Source: an uncultured Candidatus Bathyarchaeia archaeon (GTDB lineage Archaea; Thermoproteota; CALKCG01; B24). Taken from it: a stretch of 63,022 nucleotides of DNA. A model generated the notes under the pieces. That model saw nothing but the letters and a program-made list of their open reading frames with translations. It was not told the origin of the DNA and ran no database searches. The stretch spans positions 1 through 63,022 of the forward strand of contig CAZMSC010000007.1 in assembly GCA_964568845.1 (NCBI GenBank), in the 5' to 3' direction. Positions 37,564-47,250 of the stretch are shown piece by piece (the stretch's first letter is position 1; the number at the start of each line of letters is the position of its first letter). The position numbers and the translations under genes are program-made.

Positions 37564-38847
37564 ATGGCTAAGATAGTTTTTATTGGTGCGGGAAGCGTCG
37601 TCTTCGCCAGCCGACTACTTACAGACATAGTTTACCATCAAGAGCTTAGGAATTCTACAGTAGCCCTCATGGATATTGACGCTGAGCGTCTTGAATTGAT
37701 AACTCAGTTTACACGTGTATTAGCTTCTAAATATGCACCTAACCTGAAGATCGAATCTACTCTAAACCGTAGAGAGGCTTTGAAAGACGCCGATTACGTG
37801 ATAATAATGATTCAAGTTGGAGGGCTTGAAGCCTTCGAATATGATATATACGTTCCGTTAAAATACGGTGTAAATCAGGAGGTTGGTGATACCATTGGCC
37901 CTGGGGGAGTTTTCCGAGGTCTTAGGACGATCCCAGTTCTACTAGACATATGCTATGATATGGAGGATTTATGTCCAGGTGCGCTTTTAATCAACTATGC
38001 TAATCCCATGGCGATCAACTGCTGGGCTATGAATAAGGCGTCGAAGATTAGAAACGTTGGGCTCTGTCACAGCGTTCAAGGAACGGCTATGCAGTTAGCG
38101 GATTATATAAACGTTCCATATGAAGACGTTTACTACTGGGTTGCTGGAATAAACCATCAAGCCTTCTTCCTAGAGTTTAAGTATAAAGGTAAAGATGCGT
38201 ATCCGCTTCTCTGGAAGGCTATGGAAAAGAAAGAAATCTATGAAAAGGATAGGGTTAGATTTGAGATGATGAAGTATCTAGGCTATTTTATAACGGAGTC
38301 GAGTCATCACCTAGGTGAATATGTGCCATATTTTAGAACTACTGAAGAGAGGCGTAAAATGTACTGTGAACCGAGGTGGTTTTACTTAGAGATATGTAAA
38401 GAAGCGTGGAAACCGCATTTTGAACATATAAAAAGGCAGGTACGGGGTGAAGTGTCAATAGAGCTTACAAGATCACACGAGTATGGTGTAGACATCATAT
38501 ACTCCATGGAGACTGGTAAGGCGTGTAGGGTAAATGGCAACGTTGGAAATAAATGGTTGATAACGAATCTTCCAAACGGCTGTTGCGTTGAAGTCCCATG
38601 TTTAGTCGATAGAGGGGGTCTACATCCATGTCATGTCGGAGACCTACCGCCTCAATGCGCCGCTTTAAACAGAACAAACATAAACGTTCAAGAGCTTGCT
38701 GTTAAAGCGGCTTTAGAGAGGGATAGGAATGCGGCTTTACAGGCGATAATGTTTGACCCATTAACATCAGCCATTTTAACGCCTAGGGAAATAGAGAAAA
38801 TGGTTGATGAAATGTTTAAAGTTGAAGCTAAATGGATTCCTTTTTAA
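37564..38847 (+). CDS. GH4-family NAD-dependent alpha-glucosidase/galactosidase
   Basis: KIVFIGAGSVVF is the Rossmann motif. NYANPM, GLCHSVQG and ..INH.. are typical of GH4. The track ORF starts upstream at a TTG at 37546. Confidence 0.75.
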   Translation: MAKIVFIGAGSVVFASRLLTDIVYHQELRNSTVALMDIDAERLELITQFTRVLASKYAPNLKIESTLNRREALKDADYVIIMIQVGGLEAFEYDIYVPLKYGVNQEVGDTIGPGGVFRGLRTIPVLLDICYDMEDLCPGALLINYANPMAINCWAMNKASKIRNVGLCHSVQGTAMQLADYINVPYEDVYYWVAGINHQAFFLEFKYKGKDAYPLLWKAMEKKEIYEKDRVRFEMMKYLGYFITESSHHLGEYVPYFRTTEERRKMYCEPRWFYLEICKEAWKPHFEHIKRQVRGEVSIELTRSHEYGVDIIYSMETGKACRVNGNVGNKWLITNLPNGCCVEVPCLVDRGGLHPCHVGDLPPQCAALNRTNINVQELAVKAALERDRNAALQAIMFDPLTSAILTPREIEKMVDEMFKVEAKWIPF

Positions 38848-38906
38848 ATAAAATTTAATTGCCCTGATGGTTGAACAATAGTGTCTTCCATAAATCTTTC
38901 CCCCCA

Positions 38907-38915
38907 TTTTTTTTT
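38907..38915 (+). terminator. Oligo-T tract (9 T) between convergent genes
   Basis: The sequence cccccattttttttt lies about 60 nt after the GH4 stop. Archaeal intrinsic termination uses oligo-T. Confidence 0.4.
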
Positions 38916-38961
38916 AAAGCGATCTAACTTTTACTGTAGAAGTTTAAATGCCTCCTTTCTT

Positions 38962-41313
38962 CTAGAAAAGTGTTCTCTGTCCTTTCTTCTCTACGGTTTT
39001 TCCAACAGCCTTTAAATCCCCCTCTCCATATCCAAAGACGCTGAGAATTCTAAGTATGGCTGGTATAATTTGATTCTCAATGTAATATCCGTAGTCAACA
39101 TCTTCCGGTTTGACGAGTTGGTACGGCTCAACTCTATCATAAAGCCTACCAGTGCCTTTGACTACAACAATACCGACTTTATCGCCAAGTCCTATATCCC
39201 AGCCCATATCTGCAAGCTTTTGAGCGGCTTTCACGTGGGCAGTTTTTACTTTGTAATCTTCCGCCGTCTTTGTCAGAGTTTTCCATATGATGAGTTCTGT
39301 AATGGAGACTTTACCCGCTTCAACTTCATTCAACATTTTTCTAGCCTCCTCCAAAGCCTGCTTTGCAGATCCAGTTTCAAGAATTACTCTGATGACTTCG
39401 CGCTGAATTTTCTTTGCGACTTCAGGCCAATCTCCTCTTACAGCTTCTAAACCAGTTATATCTATCCTACCATCTGTAAGTAGACCGGCATACCTCTTCT
39501 TAGCTTCCGTGAAAATTATCCGTCTGTAGACTGTTTCAGGCTTTATTTCCAACCCGAGTTTTTCAGAGACGTAATTTATGAGTTTTTCAATCTTCTCCCG
39601 GTCGTACTTGACGAATATAGAATCTGTATCTCCGTAGATTATGGGAAGCCCTATTTCCGTGGCATGATTCACGGTTTCCATAAGGACTTCCCTACCCCAA
39701 GCCGTGGTAGATTCAGCTATGGGCCGCCTATACCATCTTGCACCTATCCAACCGGCATAACCGTACATAGCGTTTGTAATAACCTTTATGGCCTTCTGTC
39801 TAGCGTCTAAAACCCTGTATTCGGCCGAATCTGGGCTTAAACCCTTAAGTCTTCTACTGATCTCTGCTCTAGCCTCCAATAGTCTTTTTAAAGCCTCTCT
39901 ATAGAAGCCGTCGGGTTTTTTAAGAAACTTATGTCCAACCTCAGGGGCTGTGTAAACGTCTTCAAGCCTTGCTTCGGCTTCAGGTTCTACATAGGTGTCT
40001 GGAGATACGTTGAATTTCATCATTATACTGGGATACATGGATCTAAAGTCTAGAACCGCTATATTCTCATGTAGCCCTGGCTTAGGCTCTAAAACTATTG
40101 CTCCGGCGTAAGACTGGTATGGCTTTTCAACACGTTTAGGTATTAGTTCGCTGAACTTTCTACTACACTTCATAAGATACGATTCAACTCTGAATCCAAC
40201 AGCCGCCGTACATACGTGATCCAAAGGTATGCAAACTAGGTTTGAAAGTTGACAACCATACTCAATAAATTCCCTGAAGCTCTCCATAATAACTCTACAC
40301 CTGTCTGATGCGTAGTCTAGTATTCTCCGCCTTCCATCGTGCGACGACCATAATTTTGATACGTCATACTCCTCTATGGGTTCGCCCTCCACTTTAACAC
40401 CTAGATAGGTGGCGAGGTTCTCCAAGGTCTTAATCTTTATATCTGCTATGTCTTCAGCGTAGTCGTAAAGGTCTAAAGCTATTCTACCAGCTACTGAAAT
40501 GTGGCCATAAAGGCTTCTATGGGGTTCAGACCCATCCCTACCAACTTTAAGTCTTAAGCCGTTAACTTCAGCCCTCCTAGATAGATAGTCCCAGTCCCTC
40601 GCATTTGTACCATAGCCTACTATAATGTCTGGATTGAACTTTTCGATTATATCCATAAACCTTTCGATCAAAGTCCTTTCCAACATATCCTCCGAGTTTA
40701 AAACCTCTGCATACCCTTCACTTGTTCTAAAAGCTAGACAGGCAATCTTATCTCTCTCAGGCTTAGGCGAACCTTTAGAAGGTAGTGGGATCATGTAGAA
40801 AGCTAAGACTCGGAAAGTCACACTTTTCTGATATTCGATAGCGGTTGGCGGCTTCAAAAGCCTGTACGCATCGTCCACTCTGATGTTCTCCTTATCCGTA
40901 GGCTCTACATCGACTGTATGCCATCCACATGGTTGAACGTCATAGTCTAAAAGATAATGCTGAGTATGTCTCAAATCGTCGTCGTAGGTTCCTCCACACC
41001 CCTCAAGTTTTGAAACAGCCTCAGCCGTAGAATCCACCTTATCTGGGTCCAAAACGTGGACTTTAAAAGCTTTAACTGGTTTTCCAAAAACTTTAGCTTC
41101 TTTCAATTCAAACCCTTTAACGTCTTTAATCGTTCTCAAACGCATTTCCAACAATTCAACGTTTTCAGCAACAGCGTAGAAATACGGCTTCAACGTATCA
41201 TCGAATAGGATGACGCGCTTCCCGTCGTCTGTTAAACCCCAAAGTCTAACCTCAGCCTCCCCTTCTCGAAAACGGCTGTCAACATCTAAAAGGTAGAACT
41301 TTAAACTTGTCAA
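38962..41313 (-). CDS. polB: Family B DNA polymerase
   Basis: The exonuclease motifs, LDFRSMYPSI (motif A), KVITNAMYGY (motif B) and IIYGDTDSIF (motif C) are present. No intein-sized insertion is evident. Confidence 0.9.
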   Translation of the reverse strand: MTSLKFYLLDVDSRFREGEAEVRLWGLTDDGKRVILFDDTLKPYFYAVAENVELLEMRLRTIKDVKGFELKEAKVFGKPVKAFKVHVLDPDKVDSTAEAVSKLEGCGGTYDDDLRHTQHYLLDYDVQPCGWHTVDVEPTDKENIRVDDAYRLLKPPTAIEYQKSVTFRVLAFYMIPLPSKGSPKPERDKIACLAFRTSEGYAEVLNSEDMLERTLIERFMDIIEKFNPDIIVGYGTNARDWDYLSRRAEVNGLRLKVGRDGSEPHRSLYGHISVAGRIALDLYDYAEDIADIKIKTLENLATYLGVKVEGEPIEEYDVSKLWSSHDGRRRILDYASDRCRVIMESFREFIEYGCQLSNLVCIPLDHVCTAAVGFRVESYLMKCSRKFSELIPKRVEKPYQSYAGAIVLEPKPGLHENIAVLDFRSMYPSIMMKFNVSPDTYVEPEAEARLEDVYTAPEVGHKFLKKPDGFYREALKRLLEARAEISRRLKGLSPDSAEYRVLDARQKAIKVITNAMYGYAGWIGARWYRRPIAESTTAWGREVLMETVNHATEIGLPIIYGDTDSIFVKYDREKIEKLINYVSEKLGLEIKPETVYRRIIFTEAKKRYAGLLTDGRIDITGLEAVRGDWPEVAKKIQREVIRVILETGSAKQALEEARKMLNEVEAGKVSITELIIWKTLTKTAEDYKVKTAHVKAAQKLADMGWDIGLGDKVGIVVVKGTGRLYDRVEPYQLVKPEDVDYGYYIENQIIPAILRILSVFGYGEGDLKAVGKTVEKKGQRTLF

Positions 41314-41365
41314 ACTTCCTCAAGTTATACATAAGCTACTTTCTTTTGATAAATTTTTCACAATA

Positions 41366-42031
41366 TCAACCTAGGAGGACTCTAATGTAATCAGCGGTCC
41401 CGGCACATGTATCAGCGGCTTTCTCCAAAAACTCTAAGAGGCTCTTCAAAGTCATAAGAACACCAGGTTTAAATTCCTCAGACCCCACAAGCATCTCCAT
41501 AATCGACACGTACTGTTCATCTATAACGTTTTCAAGCCTATCGACTTCAACAACATAACGCATAACTTCCTCACCTTTGCCGGTCAATTCTTCAATCGCT
41601 CTTAAAAGAGCTCTGGTACACAGGACAATATTGTCCACAAGGTTAAGGTAGCTTACCCAGACTTCCCTAGGCACAATTTTCTTTCCTCTTAAGAGAACTA
41701 GGAGGCTTCTAGCCGAATCCTTAACATGGTCAGCCATTAAATCCAATCCCTGAACCAAATGTGCGAAGTCTTCTCTAAATTTAGAGGGCTCCTCCTTAGC
41801 CAGCCCGATGAGGACTTTCCTCCTAAGCTCATCCACATCCACCTCCATGAGGAAAAGCCTTCCAATACTTTTCTCAGCTTCTGTAAAATCCCCATCTATA
41901 ATAGCCGTCAAACATCTTCTAAGCTCTACGACGGTTTCAACCGAGCTTTTCATCTGCTTATAAGCGATCTCGATGCTTCTGTTGCGTCTTCTCCTCGTCA
42001 ACCACTCTTTAAGTAAACCTTTCTCAGCCAT
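41366..42031 (-). CDS. DUF47/PhoU-related helical protein (TIGR00153-like)
   Basis: It has a helical repeat pattern, ..VETVVELRRCL..GDF..AEK...L..E.D.DELRRKV...L.....F..ED...L...LD..AD...D.A..L.L. Confidence 0.6.
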   Translation of the reverse strand: MAEKGLLKEWLTRRRRNRSIEIAYKQMKSSVETVVELRRCLTAIIDGDFTEAEKSIGRLFLMEVDVDELRRKVLIGLAKEEPSKFREDFAHLVQGLDLMADHVKDSARSLLVLLRGKKIVPREVWVSYLNLVDNIVLCTRALLRAIEELTGKGEEVMRYVVEVDRLENVIDEQYVSIMEMLVGSEEFKPGVLMTLKSLLEFLEKAADTCAGTADYIRVLLG

Positions 42032-42460
42032 TTAAACACCTTTCGCTAACTTCTCCGAAGAATACAGTTTTAAATACTTTCTACCAGCTAATATTAAAAT
42101 CGCTATAAAAATGACTGTTAAAATTAAGGCGAAAATCAGCAGAATGCCGCCGTAAGGGCCTGCTGCAACACCTATAGGTATTGGCAGGAGTAATATTATA
42201 AAGCTTAAACCACTTAGCTCCTCGGATAAAATTGCTAGTATGATCGTGACAAGTATCCCTAGAAAAGCCAAGACGAAGCCTAAAACCATTATCTTAAAAC
42301 CAGCTCCGCATTTTAACTCTCCTTCAATAGGGCTTTTCTCTACGCATTTTATGCAAAATTCTAAGCTTGGGTTGAAACATGACGTGCATACTCTAGACCC
42401 GCAATTTTGACACACATACTTAGCATTACGGATGCCGCAGATCTCGCATTTGACGGTCAT
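42032..42460 (-). CDS. Zinc-ribbon protein fused to a DUF131-like membrane domain
   Basis: An N-terminal CEICG..CQNCG..C..C...C.KC is followed by TM helices and LLLPIPIGVAAGPYG. Confidence 0.5.
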   Translation of the reverse strand: MTVKCEICGIRNAKYVCQNCGSRVCTSCFNPSLEFCIKCVEKSPIEGELKCGAGFKIMVLGFVLAFLGILVTIILAILSEELSGLSFIILLLPIPIGVAAGPYGGILLIFALILTVIFIAILILAGRKYLKLYSSEKLAKGV

Positions 42461-42708
42461 ATTAAAACACCTGATACGATGATTAAAACCAACGTTAAAA
42501 CAGTCATCAAAATCAGAAGAACCACTGAATACTTTACAAGGTCCTTATCTCCAAATACTATGGGAAATGGTCCTATTAAAACAGCTCCAGCCGTCTTCAC
42601 TTTACCCGTCTTCTTCGAGCATTTTAGAAACTCCAGTAGAAATCCTATAAAGATCAAGGCAACTCCAACCATAAATAAGGTCAAACCTACGGCCACTAAA
42701 CCATCCAT
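42457..42708 (-). CDS. DUF131-family small membrane protein
   Basis: Two TM helices flank GAVLIGPFPIVFGDKD, the signature I associate with DUF131/TIGR00304. The gene has a 4-nt overlap with the downstream gene. Confidence 0.55.
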   Translation of the reverse strand: MDGLVAVGLTLFMVGVALIFIGFLLEFLKCSKKTGKVKTAGAVLIGPFPIVFGDKDLVKYSVVLLILMTVLTLVLIIVSGVLI

Positions 42709-43106
42709 CTCAAACTATTAATTTTCTAAACGAAAATTTAAAGCTAGCTACTATATGGGTTAACTTTGAACGTTGTTACATATTTAAACCCTGCTTCTAT
42801 GAATTTTGAAGCCTCTTTATGGATGAAGCTATTTTACAGTGGAATTGGTCGTTTTTATATTGGAATAGAAGCTTCTCTATCGTTATACACTATTATACTG
42901 TTTACGCTCTTATGACTCAGCAGCTCTTTTACATGCATTACGTCTTCAGTCTTATAATGCATCCGTCAACCGCTCATCTTACTACACCAGAAATTACTAC
43001 AGTAGTAATATTCACACATACTCTAGCGTAAACAGGCTGTGAAGAAGTAGACTAAACCAATTATGGGAGAATTAAGATTAAACGCAGGGAATACCTACCA
43101 ATAAAG

Positions 43107-43877
43107 CTAGCTTATGAAGTCCGAGATCTTAGACGTTTCACCCGTAGACTCTAGAATTTCAATACACTTCTTAACGCTGAGCCTCTTAAATTCTAATTTT
43201 AAACTATTCAATTTGCCGTAAGCTTCCTTCGTCAAGGAAGGCGCCACCAACACCCCTCTAACTTCCGAACCGCTGGACCTTAATTCTCGAACATAGTTTG
43301 AGAGCTGCTCAACTGCATCAACGCCCGCCCTATTCTTCTTAAACTCGACGATAACAATTCCTCCATTTAAATCTAAGCAAAGACAATCTACTAAACCGCT
43401 TCCAACTTTCTTCTCCTCTGAAATTACTCTAAGACCTTTTTCGACGATTTCAGGACGTTTAATAAACGCCTTCTTCATTATTTCTTCGCTCGTATAAAGC
43501 CTGAATGAAGCGTCATCCCTAAGACCGAGGGGTGCGAGAAACAATACTCTCTTAAAAGTCACTATAATTTTCTCCTCGGGACTCCTTCTATAGGCTTCTA
43601 CGATTAGGCTTCCACTTTTAATATACGCTCTGTACATGCTTCCGGGAGGTTGCCAGTTCACGGGCTCTAAACCGAAGGGTCTATGTATCACGAGAGCCCC
43701 ATCGCTTTTAATCACTACTGCTCTATCTCCATAGTCGAGCTCGGAGTGTCCTCTACCGAAGTAGTCGATCCTACATTCCCCTACCGCTATGATCGTTCTC
43801 CTATTACTAATCCCGAGTTTAAACGCCTCTAAACTCTCCTCTAAGTTGGGCTTCTCTATCACAATTCTGCTTGACAA
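43107..43877 (-). CDS. nucS: Endonuclease NucS (EndoMS)
   Basis: The N-terminal half-barrel (..GECRIDYFGRG...L..GDR.V.IK.DG...IH) and the C-terminal RecB-like nuclease domain (..D.LC.D..G..VIVEFK..R) are present. Confidence 0.85.
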   Translation of the reverse strand: MSSRIVIEKPNLEESLEAFKLGISNRRTIIAVGECRIDYFGRGHSELDYGDRAVVIKSDGALVIHRPFGLEPVNWQPPGSMYRAYIKSGSLIVEAYRRSPEEKIIVTFKRVLFLAPLGLRDDASFRLYTSEEIMKKAFIKRPEIVEKGLRVISEEKKVGSGLVDCLCLDLNGGIVIVEFKKNRAGVDAVEQLSNYVRELRSSGSEVRGVLVAPSLTKEAYGKLNSLKLEFKRLSVKKCIEILESTGETSKISDFIS

Positions 43878-44023
43878 GTCCCTATCAATATAAACAATAC
43901 GTAACTTTTAAATACTGACCTTCAAGGTTAATATGACCTTGAGGACTATGGGTGAGTGTAAAATTAAGCGTTAAAACCGCTAATTCAAATCGTAGAAGCT
44001 TAAGTTTAAACGGATGTGATTTT

Positions 44024-47000
44024 ATGCAAGTCGGTCTCCTACCTAAAACATACGAGCCTAAGAAGATCGAGGACGAAGCCTCTAAATTGTGGGCTGAGAA
44101 CAAGATATATGAGAAGGTTAAAAATCTTTCCGAACACGGTGAGAAATTCTATTTTCTAGACGGGCCACCTTATGTGACAAGCTCCATCCACCTTGGAACT
44201 GCTTGGAACAAGATAATCAAAGACAGCGTTCTCCGCTATAGGCGAATGAGGGGGTTTAAGGTTAGAGATAGACCCGGGTTCGACATGCACGGTTTGCCAA
44301 TAGAGGTCATGGTTGAACGTCTACTAAACATAGGGAGTAAGAGGGAGATAGAAAACCGCATAGGTATTGACCGTTTCGTTGAAGAATGCGAACGGTTTGC
44401 GTTGAAAAACCTAAAGATTCTCACAGAGCAGTTTAAAAACCTAGGCGTTTGGATGGATTGGGACAACCCATACATGACGATTAAAGACGAGTATATAGAG
44501 GCAATATGGCTTGTGGTTAAAAAGTCTGAAGAACTTGGACTTTTAGAGAATGTTTTAAGAGTTACCCACTGGTGTCCAAGGTGTGAAACGGCTCTAGCCG
44601 CGGGATACGAGGTTTCACAAGAGTATAGAGATGTAGAAGACCCATCAATATACGTGAAGCTTCCCTTGGAAGGCAGGGAGAATGAATACCTACTCATATG
44701 GACGACTACGCCATGGACCCTCCCAGCAAACATCGCCGTTATGGCCCATCCAAATTACATGTATGTACGGGTCAAAGTCGGCGCAGACATCTACATTCTA
44801 GCTAAAGAAAGGGTTAAACCGGTTTTTGAGGAAATTGGAGTTGAATTTGAAATAGTTGAAGAGTTCGAAGGTAAGCGGCTTGAAGGCTTAAAATACAAAC
44901 ACCCGCTTGCTGAAGAGGTCCCTATTCAAAAGGAGTTTGAAAACGCCCACATGGTAGTTTTATCTGAAGAATTCGTACGTTTAACTGAAGGCACGGGTTT
45001 AGTTCATTCAGCACCTGGACATGGTGAAGAAGACTTTGAAGTTGGTTTAAGATACAACCTACCAGTATTTTCACCCGTAGACCACTCTGGCAGGTTTACA
45101 TCTGAAGCTGGTAAATACGTAGGAATGTACATCAAAGAGGCTGATAAGATAATTCTAGAGGATCTTCAGAGGAAGGGGCTCCTCCTCTATAGTGGAACCG
45201 TGGTACATAGATACCCACACTGCTGGAGGTGTAAAACCCCGCTACTGCTTAGAGCCACCAAACAGTGGGTTATACGTATGAGTAAGCTTAGAGAAACGCT
45301 CATCAAGGAAAATGAGAAAGTTAAATGGGTTCCAGAGTGGGCTGGTAAAAGTAGGTTCGGAAACTGGCTTATAGAGATATCGGATTGGGTCATATCCAGA
45401 CAGAGGTACTGGGGTGTTCCACTACCCATATGGATATGTGAAAAATGTGGAAAGCGTAGAGTTATCGGGTCTAAGAAGGAGCTTTCAGAAGCCTGCAACG
45501 TCGAAGAGGTTAAGTTACATAGACCATGGGTTGATAAATTGGTTCTGAAGTGTAAATGCGGCGGAGATATGCATAGGGTTGCAGACGTCATAGACGTTTG
45601 GATGGATTCCGGATCTGCCTCCTGGGCGTCACTAGGATACCCGTCTGATAATAGGGAGTTTAAAGAATGGTATCCAGTAGACTTCATAGTTGAAGGTCAC
45701 GATCAGACTAGAGGATGGTTCTACTCTCTACTAGCTTGCTCTACGTTGGTATTCAATTCAACACCCTACAAATGCGTCGCAATGCATGGTTTTGTCCTAG
45801 ATGAAACTGGCAGGGAGATGCATAAATCATGGGGCAATTACATAGCGCCTGAGGAGGTTATAGAAAAGTACGGTAGAGACGTATTGAGGTTTTACGAGCT
45901 TCAGCACACCCTATGGGAAGACTTGAGGTTTTCATGGAAAGGTGTAGCCGAGACGTTTTCATTTATGAACATCCTCTGGAACGTTTACGTATTTGCATCT
46001 ACTTACATGAACCTCGATAGGTTTGATCCATCTAAGTGGAGTATTGAACAGGTTAAAGGCTTCATGTCTCCAGAAGACTTATGGATCCTATCAAAAACTC
46101 AACATCTTGTAGAGAAGGTTACAGAGGCTTTTGAAAACTACTATCTGCATAATGCCGTTAAACTACTTAGAGATTTCATGGTTGAAGACGTCAGTAGATG
46201 GTATATAAGGCTTATAAGACGTAAGACGTGGATCGAGGAAGAGGCCCCTGAAAAACTCGCATCTTACAGTGCACTATACAACGTTTTAAAGACATTCCTA
46301 CTGTTATCAGCTCCGATAATACCGTTCACGTGCGAATCAATCTACCAATACGTCTTCAGGTTTGCAGAGCCAAACCAACCTGAAAGCATACATATGCATA
46401 AATGGCCTCAATTAGACAAGTCTTGGAGGAACACCGAGCTTGAGGAAGCTATGGATGTTGTCAAAGACATAGTTGAAGCATCAGCTAAGGTTAGACAAGA
46501 GGCTGGATTGAAGCTTAGACAACCTTTAAAATGTGTATTTCTGAGAATTCCAGATGAATCAGCAGGTAAACTTAAACCTTTGACGGATGTGTTGAAAGAG
46601 CAAGTGAACGTTAAAGAGCTGTTTTTCCTCAAAGCTGGTGAAGATGAAAAACTATGGGTTAAGGTAGCCGAGCCAAATATGAGTGCGATAGGTAGAGAGT
46701 TCAGGTCTAAGGCTCCAGCCGTGGCTGAAGCCATCAGAAGAATGTCCAGCGATCAGATCAACGAACTAATCAGCCGTCAAAAATACACACTTAAAGTCGG
46801 AGAAGAACTCCTAGACATTAAACCCGACCATGTCTCCGTTAAGTCAGAGTTGGCTGAAGGCTTCGCCTACGCAGAGCTGAAGAATGGAGTATTATACCTA
46901 GACGTTAGAATCGATAGGATGCTCCAAGCTGAGGGTTTAAGTAGAGACGTGGTTAGGAGAATTCAGTATATGCGTAAAGAAATGAACCTCCCCGTAGACG

Positions 47001-47206
47001 CTTACGTAGAGGTTTATGTAAAAGCCTCAAACCAAGAAACGTTAAACCTTCTAGAAGAAACCAGAGCCTACATAGCCGGTGAGGTGAGAGCTAAGAAGTT
47101 GATGTTTACGTTAGATGAAATACCTAAAACAGAGTACAGCAAAACCTGGAGCTTAGACGGAGAAGAGCTCTTAATAGGAATAAATAGGCTTCATTCATAT
47201 TTATAA
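44024..47206 (+). CDS. ileS: Isoleucyl-tRNA synthetase
   Basis: PPYVTSSIHLGTAWNK is the HIGH region. GFDMHGLPIE, zinc CxxC pairs and MHKSWGN (the KMSKS region) are present. I prefer the ATG at 44024 over the GTG at 43952. Confidence 0.95.
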   Translation: MQVGLLPKTYEPKKIEDEASKLWAENKIYEKVKNLSEHGEKFYFLDGPPYVTSSIHLGTAWNKIIKDSVLRYRRMRGFKVRDRPGFDMHGLPIEVMVERLLNIGSKREIENRIGIDRFVEECERFALKNLKILTEQFKNLGVWMDWDNPYMTIKDEYIEAIWLVVKKSEELGLLENVLRVTHWCPRCETALAAGYEVSQEYRDVEDPSIYVKLPLEGRENEYLLIWTTTPWTLPANIAVMAHPNYMYVRVKVGADIYILAKERVKPVFEEIGVEFEIVEEFEGKRLEGLKYKHPLAEEVPIQKEFENAHMVVLSEEFVRLTEGTGLVHSAPGHGEEDFEVGLRYNLPVFSPVDHSGRFTSEAGKYVGMYIKEADKIILEDLQRKGLLLYSGTVVHRYPHCWRCKTPLLLRATKQWVIRMSKLRETLIKENEKVKWVPEWAGKSRFGNWLIEISDWVISRQRYWGVPLPIWICEKCGKRRVIGSKKELSEACNVEEVKLHRPWVDKLVLKCKCGGDMHRVADVIDVWMDSGSASWASLGYPSDNREFKEWYPVDFIVEGHDQTRGWFYSLLACSTLVFNSTPYKCVAMHGFVLDETGREMHKSWGNYIAPEEVIEKYGRDVLRFYELQHTLWEDLRFSWKGVAETFSFMNILWNVYVFASTYMNLDRFDPSKWSIEQVKGFMSPEDLWILSKTQHLVEKVTEAFENYYLHNAVKLLRDFMVEDVSRWYIRLIRRKTWIEEEAPEKLASYSALYNVLKTFLLLSAPIIPFTCESIYQYVFRFAEPNQPESIHMHKWPQLDKSWRNTELEEAMDVVKDIVEASAKVRQEAGLKLRQPLKCVFLRIPDESAGKLKPLTDVLKEQVNVKELFFLKAGEDEKLWVKVAEPNMSAIGREFRSKAPAVAEAIRRMSSDQINELISRQKYTLKVGEELLDIKPDHVSVKSELAEGFAYAELKNGVLYLDVRIDRMLQAEGLSRDVVRRIQYMRKEMNLPVDAYVEVYVKASNQETLNLLEETRAYIAGEVRAKKLMFTLDEIPKTEYSKTWSLDGEELLIGINRLHSYL

Positions 47207-47250
47207 ACAAGGATGATTTTAAATTCTCCAATAAATCGTCGAGTGAGATA

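Noticed and set aside
42819-43031. I considered the 70-aa + strand ORF in the 400-nt spacer between the DUF131 gene and nucS, and a 35-codon minus ORF at 42855..42962.
   Set aside because: The + ORF product is aromatic and low-complexity with no motif. The minus ORF is too short and only vaguely domain-like. The region more likely holds decayed fragments (see the GFKYV note).
43952-44023. I considered the upstream GTG start for ileS, which adds MSVKLSVKTANSNRRSLSLNGCDF.
   Set aside because: The extension is basic and low-complexity, and it intrudes into the divergent nucleS promoter region. The ATG at 44024 gives the usual IleRS N-terminus.
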